Under the pieces are notes generated by a model, which was given only the letters and a program-made list of their open reading frames with translations, did not search any database and had not been told where the DNA came from. A DNA stretch of 60,000 bases from Botryllus schlosseri (Eukaryota): NCBI GenBank assembly GCA_051294905.1, contig CM119372.1, forward strand, positions 5,148,001-5,208,000. Direction: 5' to 3'. Every line of letters begins with the position of its first letter. Positions within the stretch are counted from its first letter, which is position 1. This document shows positions 41,595 to 53,500 of this stretch, one piece after another. Both the position numbers and the translations under genes were made by a program.

Positions 41595-44500
41595 ATGAAC
41601 ATACGTCTTGCGATCACAGGAGCAGTATTAGGGATTTTCCTATTAGGGGCCCACAGGATAACTGCAGGTAAATATACTGGTCTAAGAAATAAGGCTTGAC
41701 AGTTATTACGATATGAATACAGCCACACCAGCAGGACCATGTCCCGAAGAACAAGCTTTTTGTGCAACAGTCGTGGGAGTGTGCGATAGCGAAGAAACAA
41801 AGAAATTATGTCCGCTAACTTGCGACGCATGTTTGCCTTCGAGTAAGGTTCAACGAAAGATTTCCTACAAGTCGATGGTATTTTTAATGGCAATTTGTTT
41901 GAAAAATCCCAGTATGCCAAGACTGCCAGCAGAATTGTACTTTGTATGACGACGGGAAAGAGTACGCATGTACGTGCAACAAAGGATACAAACTTGACGA
42001 AGACGGCGTAAGCTGTTCAGGTTCTACTAATACCATGGTTTGTAACGGAATATTTCCCTAATTAACAGATGTTGATTTAGATATCAATGAATGCGCGGAA
42101 AGCCCGCATATCTGTGGGCAAGAGGACGTTTGTCAGAATCATGTAGGCAGTTTTGAATGTAAAGCCGACAAATGCAAAGTATATCACCACAAAAATTATG
42201 TAAGATCTTATTCCTATCCCGCCGAATGCTGCAAAATGTCGAAAGGTAAATAATAATGATTTTCTCGAAGAATGGTATCGTTCCAATCGAATAACTGCGT
42301 GTTTCTGCATCTACTAGGAAAGTGCGGACAAAATAATCAAAACAGAAACTCACGGGCACTGCGAATTTCCCACGGAGAGAGTGCTTCAGCTGGGATGTGG
42401 CCTTGGCATGTAGGTTCTTGTTCGTTTCGTGGTGTTGGCAGTAATCTTACGGTTAAGACTCAAGTGCACGATCTGCATTAAAGTGCATGGATTATATTAC
42501 TAACACAAATCGAGATGCTGTGGATGAAAAATGTTTCCTTCTATATGTCACCAACCTGGTAAAAATATTTTTTAAAAAGTGAAACAGCAATCACTACCTA
42601 CGATGTAAAATTACGAAGGAGGATTGAATGCGCGAGGATATGACATTATACCACATGTCACAAATATCTTTCTTAGAATGCGACATACTCAATGTACTCC
42701 ATTCATAACAGGGGCCGGTTAGTCATACCATGCGTTTTCTTATTCCTATACAGGCAATGATCATCATGAAAGATCAATTGTGTGGTGCAGCTCTAATAAG
42801 CGATAATTGGATTGTCACCGCAGCACAATGTTTCAGGTTGGTTATTTTGATTTAGGGAAAACTTGTGTTTAAAAATCATTTCCCTGTATCGCATAGGTCA
42901 ATTAGAAATGGAAGGCGCGTAAACGGCATCGAAGTGCTATTTGGCGTAGTTGATCGGAACCGACTGGATAGCCATACAAGTCAGGAGCGGCAAATTATTC
43001 AGGTGAGAAGCGTGTGTCATTATGTCGAGATGCAAGATTAGCGTTTAGTTGCGGGAATCCATGTCACCAAGAGCCATCTCCAGGTACGCAGTCGAGCATA
43101 ACATGTCCAGTCCACAGTGTTAGCGCAATTTAAATCAATATAATTTTATTGCAATTTAAATCAAAATAATTTTATTAAGGTCTTTAAGCATAGCAAGTTT
43201 AAATTTCCTCTGCACGACATCGCTGTCGCAAAGCTTGATCGCCCGATAAAAGAAAGTGAGTTCGTTAGACCAGTATGTCTTCCAAATGGAGAAATGCCCA
43301 AAGTCGGTACTCGCTGTTTCGCAACGGGCTTCGGAGTAACAGGTCAGCTCCTCCTTCTTATTATTTTAATTTGACTTTATAAATTTCAAAACGCTTCGCA
43401 GGACCGGGTGTGTTTAATCCGTCTGAAGAGCTCCAGCATGTTGACCTGCCAATAACTGACATCACGGCATGCAGAGAAGCGTACAAAGGCTCGCCGAACA
43501 AAGTTAACACGAGATCTATGATGTGCGCAGGAGGCGATAAAATAGGAAAAGATACATGCTTGGGTAAATGAGTGTCACCGTGTCAAAAATTACAAATTGC
43601 CTCTGCCTATTGTATTATTGTGACAATCGATAGCGATCGATCTACACCCGTCATAAGTGTCCAAACAAATGATCAAATTATGTCCATATCCCTAATTCTT
43701 GACATTCAAATTCATACTGATTTTTTATCATTCCTTTTTTTGTAGAAGAGTGATGGGATCTTTACCGTAACGTTATATTTTCTAAGAAAAGCTAAATTAT
43801 AGTCAAGACCGCAAGAAGAACTTTACATCGTTGTGTCACTTACGAACCCATATAGCATTTTCCACCGCGCCAAGAGGTCGGCATCTGCAGACTGAGATAC
43901 TAAGGCGGGGTGGGCAACCGGCGGCCGTAGAAGGATATTTGTGCGGCGGTAGATACGTGATTCAATTAGTATGTGTTGACGGCCGTCGACATGCAAATTG
44001 AATTTACGAATTGACTCCTGAATTTTTGATAGATTTATAATTATCTTAGAATTTTCTCCCATGTAGAAATACCAACTTGGAATCGTGTGCTCCTCATAAA
44101 ATTAAATTTGTTTCTGGCACGTTTGGTAGATTCCAATATCTTTTTCACAATACCGACAATCCTGATTGGAGGTCAAGAAATAACAGCATGCAACAAAGTG
44201 ACAACGATTGGCCCACCCGAAGATGCACCATCATTTATAAGTTGCCGAAAATTTCCGAAAACACTCCATCAATCAACTCTATACCGGTGAATCTGATTGA
44301 ATGGGCAGAGAAAGGATAAATATGTGACAGTAATATGTGAAACTACAGATATTAATGACGAAATGCATTCGTGAAGCTGAAAAATTTTTCGCGCTTCGCG
44401 AGATCATATAGCGGATCACGGTCACTATTCATAACATGAACATTGAACACTCGCAATTTCGGTGCGTATAGTTATCAGATATGAAAAGTAGGTTAGTCCG

Positions 44501-47500
44501 GGGTTCACAGAAAATGAGCATGGACAGTTTAACACAGTGGTTCTCAACCTTTTTGTCTTCGCGGACCCCTTTCGGACCGTGACGGACCCCCGCGGACCCC
44601 CACGACGTTTTAGATCAAATCTAGCTCAAATATCGTGCAATCGTCAACTGTCTCGTGCAAATGATAACTGTAGGCTTGGTGATGAACAGCAACAAAATGA
44701 GTCTTCTTGAGAATAAGATCATATGATCATACTATTCACGTAGAAATTGGGTTGACTATTATTTCAAAGCTTATTCTGCAACTGCATTTTTTGAAATAAG
44801 TGGTCGTGTCTTGAAAATCCGCCCCTTAGCTTTGATATGGACGAGTTGTGGTAGTGGTGTAGAATGCAATTATAACGCTTAACGCTTCCGACGACACATT
44901 CGGGGCATGATCGCAACAAACATGGCACCAAAATTGACAAACAAATTCATTTAATGAGGATATAACGTCACGCCTGGCCATCTAGCAGCTTATCATGAAG
45001 TTATTATGGAAGTAGTGGCTGTGTATATCACAGGAGAAAATGGATTTTTGTAAACATTTGAAAGTCACCGTGATTGACCTTACTCATCCAATATTCTTTC
45101 CCAATCCCCACCAAAACATCTCTAAACAGCAAAATGTTTGTATCAGTAGGTTATTGGCAATTTAGCAATTAAAATGATTCTGCACTGTAGGATATTTGAT
45201 CTCAAATGACTATTCCGTTGATCTGGGCACTGGAGTTTTACTAGTAATGAACCGAAACTGCCTCGTGATTTGCCGAATTTAAAAAAAATACAAATTAGGT
45301 TAATAAATATTTCGAGGCTTCGCGGACCCCCTGAAAATGCTTCGCGGACCCCCAGGGGTCCGCGGACCACCGGTTGAGAACCGCTGGTTTAACATTTGGC
45401 GTCCGTCTAGTTTAGTACGACTATGCCCTGGAATGCGGCCGTACTCTATAAATAAATAATCGAAATGCGGCCTTGAATAGCAAAAAGGTTGCCTTCCCCT
45501 GTACTAAGACATTCAAATTCGCTTTCTAATGTTCAAGGTGACAGTGGAGGGCCATTGGTGTGTCAGCGATGTGATAGCTGTGATTGGTATCTGGCTGGTA
45601 TCACTTCATTTGGGTCGAAATGCGGTTCATCAAATAGTAGGCCTGGAGTGTATACAGAGGTCGCATATTACGAAAACTGGATTGCGTTAAGGACAAAAGA
45701 AGTAAAGGCGAAAAAAGGTTCTTGCAGGCCAGTTCGTGAGTAGCCGCGAGACTTATAAATATATGGCTATATATCTAAGGATGAGTGATTCATTCAGAGT
45801 GGTCCCCATGGGGTGACTGGACAAATTGCGATACATCTTGCGGTGGAGGCACCAAAACTCGAATTAGAGTGTGCTCCGATAGAAGCGCGGTAGGACTTCC
45901 AGGCTGTCTTGGAAATTGGTTCGACAGCCAATCCTGCAACACGCAGCCATGTGGAGTAGGCCCGTGGTCTGAATGGTCGGATTGCTCGGAAACGTGCGGC
46001 GGGGGACAGCAAACGAGGGCAAGGAAATGTGACGCCATCAGATGCAGACAAATTACAACGGATAGTCGTGTGAATACATAAAATACATTGCATTAATCAC
46101 AGTTCTCGGTATTCAGCTCTGTCTAAAATGTACAGGTCTGTAATGAGCAGACGTGCCCACAATGGGGTCGGTGGTCACGTTGGACAGCGTGTTCTCGAAG
46201 CTGTGGAGGGGGCACAAGAAGTCGAAGTCGGTCTTGTGAAAACGAAATCAATGGCGTGTGTGGCGGGCCGCGGAGCGTCACTGAGAACTGCAATGAAGGT
46301 ATACCAAAGAGGTTTCATCTATCAATCAGAGATTAAAATTAGGCTGTATATATTTCAGATCCGTGTTCAAAGTGGGATAACTGGTCCAGGTGGACCGAGT
46401 GTAATGAAGTGTGTGGTGGAGGCATACAGATATCTAAGAGAGAGTGCGATGGGGGTGTATCTGCTGTGGACTGTAAAGGAAAGGCTGAACGATCACGGAA
46501 ATGTAACACACAGCCATGTAAGTTACAACGAGAAGATTTACGAGAAACACCTCGAAATCGTAACCATTGCTTTTAGGTACGTTTACCGACTGGAGTGACT
46601 GGACAGAGTGCTCAACGTCATGTGGACCTGGAATGCAAGAAAGGCAACGATCGTGCCGGAAAGGAACATGTAGACCGGACGACTTTGGATCGTTAAGAAG
46701 GGAAACTAAGAGTTGCAATCTCGTGGAGTGCACTGGGAGATGGTCTGAATGGGATTCATGGAGTCAATGTACAAAGTCCTGCGGCGGTGGAGTACAAACG
46801 AGATCAAGATCGTGCGAACGTGGACTAAGATGTTCAGAAGGCGTAGGAAACCAAGAGCGGGAATGCAGCATGAACGCATGCATTGGAGAATGGTCGAGCT
46901 GGTCACAATGGTCACCGTGTGACGCAACGTGCGATTCGGGGAGAGCTGTCAGAAGTAGAAATTGCGACGACGGGATAGATTGTCCCGGAAAATCACAACA
47001 GAGTAAGGAATGCATGTTGAAACCCTGTTCGAAGTGGTCGCCGTGGACGCAATGGTCCGAGTGCGACCGCTCGTGCGGCGACGCTAACAAAAAGCGGCAA
47101 AGATACTGCGAGCATGGAGATGAATGCAGAGGGGAAAAGGAACAGACAAAAGAATGTCTGTATAAAGAGTGTCCTACATGGTCAATGTGGACCGAATGGT
47201 CACCGTGCTTGGTTACGTGCGGCGGTGGACTGACTAAACGGGAAAGAACTTGCCTGAATGGTCCCGGGTGCGTCGGAGACAAAGAGGGTTTCGAAATATG
47301 CAACGAAAAGTCATGCGAAACGTGGTCTGTTTGGACTGAATGGTCACAATGTGACGCTACCTGTGGAAACGGAAATCGTGTAAGGACGAGATCATGCCAG
47401 AATGGAGAGAGTTGTGCTGGAGTTCCGAAACAGACAGAGGCATGTCAAATCACACGCTGCCCAACATGGTCCGATTGGTCTGACTGGTCCGCATGTTCGA

Positions 47501-50500
47501 AGACATGCGGTAAAGGGGAAAGATCTAGAAACAGGTATGTGCTACGCAGTGGTGGCTTTTGGGGTGGCCGAGGTGGGCGGAAGCCCGGGGCCCCCTGGTC
47601 GAAGGGCCCCCCTCTTTGGTTGTAGCGTTTATTTCACGGGTTGTAGCGAATAGACGTGGAAATCAAGAATATTGTTATTAAAGTCTCATATCACGACAAT
47701 CATGAAGTCTCTGCATGCCTGTTAAATTGGTAGGCTTTTTAGGGGGGTCTGGGGGGGCGGAGGCCCCCAGAAACTTCGATTACATACTTATAGGGCCCCC
47801 CGGATGTCTCGCCCAGCCCCCCCCCCAATCGTAGGGTCACCACTGGTGCTACGTTTTCTCTTGGAGAGTACAGTCCGGCTATGCTTACTGCTGTAGACCA
47901 TAAACCGTGAGATATATCAGTCATGGCCAGGCCGTGTTATTTTTGCCATGTGCCGAAAATAGCCAATTTTTGGCATTTGTCAGATTTTATTTTTGGCAGT
48001 TTAGGCATCGCCAGGAATTTGTATTTGTATACTCGAATTAACGAAGTGAAGCACTGTATAGTTTAATACTTCATACCAAACGAAAGTCACAAAACGTGCA
48101 GTATACACTTTGTGTCATCAAACAGCGACAATAAAAACCGGATTGACAACGGTGTTGGAGATTCAATTCACCAAATTCAAAAAACGACCGACTGCTTCTG
48201 CGCAATATCGAATCCGAATAGTCGATTCGATTTGCGTGCATAATTTCCTGCATTCACACAGATCACAATACCACTTATGATAACAATTCAAAATCACTGC
48301 TGACACATTTTAATCTCAGACCATCACTCGCCAACTGATGTTCCGAAATCACGAGTGGCTTCAATATTCAATATAATATGAAAAAATATCCAATGGGCTA
48401 ACAAAAAAAAACACTAAAGGGCCGAATATTTGCAAGCCTGTGTATGGTACGCTTTTTGACGCCGGAGGCACTTTGCACTGTATAAGTGGGTATGTTCAAC
48501 TGTTCATTGATGAAACTATATATATCCCTATTGTCCAACGGGACACAGTTTATCAGTGCACCGTATGCTGACATTTTCATTAACAAGTTGAAAGTAAATG
48601 GAATTATATATACGTATTCGGCTAAATGCAGCATGGGTCGCGCGTGTCGGCTACATGAGGTCACAAAGCTGTGACAACAGAAAATACCTCGTCGTTGAGC
48701 TATACACCCGATATTTTCATTCCTACAACACAGATCCCTTGGACGGTAGACCGTGGCCTTCAGAAGGAATCACGCCGTTAGCGGACCTCAATTTAGGAAT
48801 TTAGTAATACACACTCGTTTTGTCACTTCATGTAGACTCATTTCAATACTTGATGAAATTTCTATCTAAAACGTTTGTAAAAATCTATATTTTCAAAAAG
48901 CCTTATTTTTTTGGCTTTTGAATTTTTTTGGCAGTTTTGGAATCTGGTTCCCGAAATGCCAAAAATAACACGGCCTGGTCATGAGATTTTAGTTGGCTTT
49001 AACTGGTTCGAAAATCACGATTTGAACAGTCATCGAAAAATAATCTATGTAGGTACCGAAACTGTGTAGAATCGAAAAGTTAAGTGCTCAAAATATCTGT
49101 GACAGAACATAACTAATAACACCGAAAGGATATTATGAAACCATATCGCGGGATTTTTACAATGGGGAATTAAAGTATTATGGTGAATCCCGGATAATTT
49201 GATTACGAAATGTAGGCTATGCCTGGATAAATGAAATACAGACAATTTGCGTTTTATCTATCCATATGTCATTATACAGAACGTGCAACGTATTTCTTAA
49301 TGAGGATGCTAAATGCGTTGGAGACAACCAAGAAACGCAAGAATGCTCCACTGAAATTTGCCCAAGTAAGCGCATTTACGTTATCAAATTCGTCATTCGC
49401 ACGTCAACTACGACATGTTAAATACATAGGTCAATGCGACGAGCTCTGCGTAGAGCGAGTTAAGGTTGGAGCATGCAGAATATACAGAGACTGGATTTCT
49501 CGAATTTGCCATCCTGATTGTTGTGGTGAGAATTGCTCCAAGTTATTACATTGAAATAGATTTTCATGCCGTCACCACACTTGTATATCGCGCCAGCCAA
49601 TAGCATGAGTTATAAATAGACTTGAGTTCGATTGGAGATATGGATGGTAATTGTAACAACGAAAATAGCGACAGATGACGCGTATCAGTCAAGTCGATCG
49701 AATCATATTGATCGTATGTTACATTGTTGCAGGCTGCGACACGGAACTAACGAAAAATGACATGAATTTATGAATGCGTATTTAACAAAGTGTCAAATTT
49801 CTGTTACACTCAATGACTCGACTAGTTATGTGTTGTTTGTCGTATTTTTTGCGATTATACCCGATTGTGTCGTCGGAAGCGTAACACGTTATTATTACAT
49901 TCGCCACCACTTATCTTTGTGGAAATGGATTTTCGGCACTCGTTCATATCAAATCGAAGGCGCGGATTTTCAAGACACGACCACGTATTTCAAGAAATGC
50001 AGTTGCAGAATTCGCTTTGAAATGATAAAAGTCAACCCAATTTCCACATAAATAGTATGATGTTATTTTCGAGAAAAGTCAGTTTGTTTCTCTTTATCAC
50101 TATAGCCTACAGTTGCACAAGACGGGTGACGATTGAACGATAACACTGTGCTCCGTTTGAAAAGTATTTCTCAAAGGTCAAATACGTTTTAACTGTTTTC
50201 GAATCAATTTTTTGCGCTGAACTCAAAAATGCAAACAGTTTTTTTCAATCAGGTCAAGTTTTTTCTTCATCACATATTCAATTATGCTAGCTTTGGTCAT
50301 TATTGTACATGTACAAAAATAAATTAGGTTCTGCGGTAGCTTAATTGGTTATGCATGTTGTAAATTTTTGCAAGATGGTATTTTTATTTGAATTTAAGGT
50401 ATTTGCCATGACAGCCGTTTTAGATACTACTAAAATATAATAACACAGTTTAAATAAAGGCACTTACAACCAACCAAGCATAATTTTGTTCAATGGCGCT

Positions 50501-53500
50501 CAACCTAACAGAAGAAGGTATATATTGATATGTTACACTGTAGACACGTAAACACTTTTAACATCACAAATGTGTTCTGAATGCGAAATCCTTGCCAACG
50601 TCAATGTGTGAAGTGTGAAATGGAAACGAAGTATTCAAAATAGCTTAACAAAGTAAGCGTTGTGCGGAACCTATGATAAATTAAACTGATACTGAAACTG
50701 ATACTGATATTCCTACGATCAATACAATCTCGCACCCCTTTCTCGTGATATTACGAAATATTAAAGAGAGAAATCAGATCGCTGGCAATCTCAACGGATA
50801 GTTTGATGGCATTGAAGGCTATTGCTATTGAGGAGAGAATTCTCAAATATTAAATTCGGACAATAGACGATATACAATAGATATACCATGGGCTGGAGGT
50901 AAATCGCGCGAAGCGCGAAAAAAATTCAGTGAACAGCGATTTTGCGCCCTCCACTTTGAGAACCACTGCTACAGGGAATGGTCTTCGTCATAATTGAAAT
51001 ATTTTCTAAACTTTTCATCATAGCATCATTGCTAAATCCTTTTTATGACGTCACAAATCTCAATCGCATAACCCTGAAAGCCGCAGTTTTCGGACATTCA
51101 GAGGCAATTTGCCAAAAATCTTGACCTGATTGAAGAAAACGGATAACAGTTTTGGATTCAGCATCAAAAAGTACACTAAGAACCGTCAATACTTTAGCGA
51201 CCTTAAAATTAACGCAGCGCAGTGTAATTGAAGTAAATTTGAACTAAAACTTCGGGGGTCCGCGCATTGGCGGAGCCAGGGGGGCGAAAGGAGCGGTCAC
51301 CCCAAAAAAAATGTTTGGAAAATTTTCGTAAAATCAATAGATATTACAGAATTTTGGGGCAGATGAATGCAACCTAAAATTTTTCTTCGCGCTTCGCGCG
51401 ATCTAGTGTCCATACAAGTCTTGTGTTTTATTATCGGTATCCTGAAAAAAATTTCTTCCGGAAATACCCGTTATTGAATTTAGCTGCATTCTCAATTATG
51501 AGAATACAACAGTACCAGTAGATACACTAGAGTAGCCCGAAGTCGTTGGGTGGATTGAGTCTAGGGGTGTCAGTTCAGTTTGGGGGTTGGGGACTGTTAG
51601 TTCCGGCAATTTCCGTTCCGCGACACAGGAAGACATATAAAGTAGACAACATGCGAGTCATCCGCAAAGTGCGCTCCCAGAATGATTGACGGCCATAAAA
51701 CCGACGCATGTTTTCCGAAGCCTTCGATATAGATTTTCAGGTACTTAAATGGCTGGCGCCTAATGTACTCAGCCCCTTCCGACATAAATGCGACTGGCAC
51801 AGGAAAATATCGCCACCTCCCGTTAAAAAGTGCTAATTTGAAGTCGCACGAGTCTGATCATAGGAGTTTTTTTTAATTTGGTCTGGTATGTCTCAGCGAT
51901 TTCTATCTTTAAAGTAGCGTCAATCTTTACCAGAGGTTACTAAATAACCGCGCTTCAACGAAGTAATTAATAAGAATGGACACCACTTGCTCATATAAAC
52001 GCAACAATATCATTGATCAAATTCTTTCATTTATAAAAAAAATTTCACGCTCCGTGCGACTAGGCCCGAAATTCACACTGATTGTTCATCACTTAATGTC
52101 AGCGATTTGGGCTCGTCCGTGAAACGATCGCCTAATACAAGCCATAGTTGGCAACTGGAACTTTCCATAGGGTGTGTGTGTGTGCGCCTGTGCGTCTAAG
52201 ACTCGTTCGTATGTATAAAGGGTAGTGATGAAATTGCCCACGACAGGATGTACGGTTCTGCGAGGTGTTCCCACAGGGTTGCTCCCTTAAACTAGGGTTA
52301 TTATATTTTGGAATCTGGAAAAATGGACTCTTTTATCAACTCAGAAAAGTTAGTTGATCAAAATTGAAATCAGTCAATTTCGCTATTTCTGCTGAGAAAT
52401 TTGGTAAGATGACTAAAAAAAAGGTAGTCGTTTTCGATCGAACCACGAATTTCGTATTTAGCGTTATTTATGGCCATTTTCACTCGAATCTATACATTAT
52501 CTTAGCTGTAAAAGCTGTAAAGGAGGACTTATTGCCAGAAAGGAGGACATTTAGGCGTCCCCGGAGGACATTTTCAAAAACCTGAAAAAGAAGGACCCTA
52601 AACTCATAAAAAATTTGCCCCCCCCCCCCCGAAAAAAAAATAATTCTGGCTTTGCGTGTGCGCGATCGCTTGAGTGGTGACAGATTTTTTCGCAAGTCAT
52701 GAAGTAACAGCAATAAATACCAACTGTCCCGTCCGGCGCTCACCTTCTAGAAACTCGAAATAGTCTTGCCTTGTGGTATGAACATATAGTTCAGGATGTA
52801 TAATTAAGTGCCCTGAATGTTCGATGACACCACTTCTATCAGCCCTACCAGTAAATCTGATAATGAAAACGTATTTGCAGTATGCAAGTAACAATATAAT
52901 GAACCAATATAATTCATGAACAATGAAAAATTTTCGCGCCTCGCGCGAAAGTGTTGACGCCCAAGTTTTCCGCAATCATCATATTATCACATTACTTCAT
53001 GTCTGTGAGTAAAATATATGTAAAACGATCGCCTCAGATATTGTGTTAATCATCCAATAAATGCCCAAAACCATCGTTTTTTACCTATTTTTTCCTTATC
53101 TTTAAGGAGGGGGTCTTTTACGTTATCGAATTTTTCGCCCCCCTCAAATATTTTTTCTGGCTACGCCCTTGGGTCCGCGGGAGTCCTTAACCGTCCAAAA
53201 GGGGTCCGCCAAGACAAAAAGGTTGATAACCACCGCGTTACAACAACTATAACGTTGACCCCTTAACCAAGGGGTGGCCAACAAGTGGCACGCGGGAAGC
53301 TGCGGCACACATGTCGCCCACGATAAGATTTTGAGTGGTATGCGGGGTTATTCTCGAAATTAGCTATAATATCAAAAAATATATATTACCCAGGTAATTT
53401 ATTGTGAACTAACAACGCCAACCAAAGTTTAATTAGTCTGACCGCAAAAGTTGGGATGTTGATGACTAAAATATCAGTTCCGGCGCATTTGCCTAGCCAG

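Noticed and set aside
46764..47303. 179-aa minus-strand ORF and other His/Pro-rich antisense ORFs (35120-35488, 45790-46038, 20440-20646)
   Set aside because: Antisense shadows of Trp/Cys/Gly-rich TSP1 exons.
46567..47625. 352-aa ORF as a stand-alone gene
   Set aside because: It is an internal exon (46577-47534) of gene D. The last 30 codons read into the intron and MITE.
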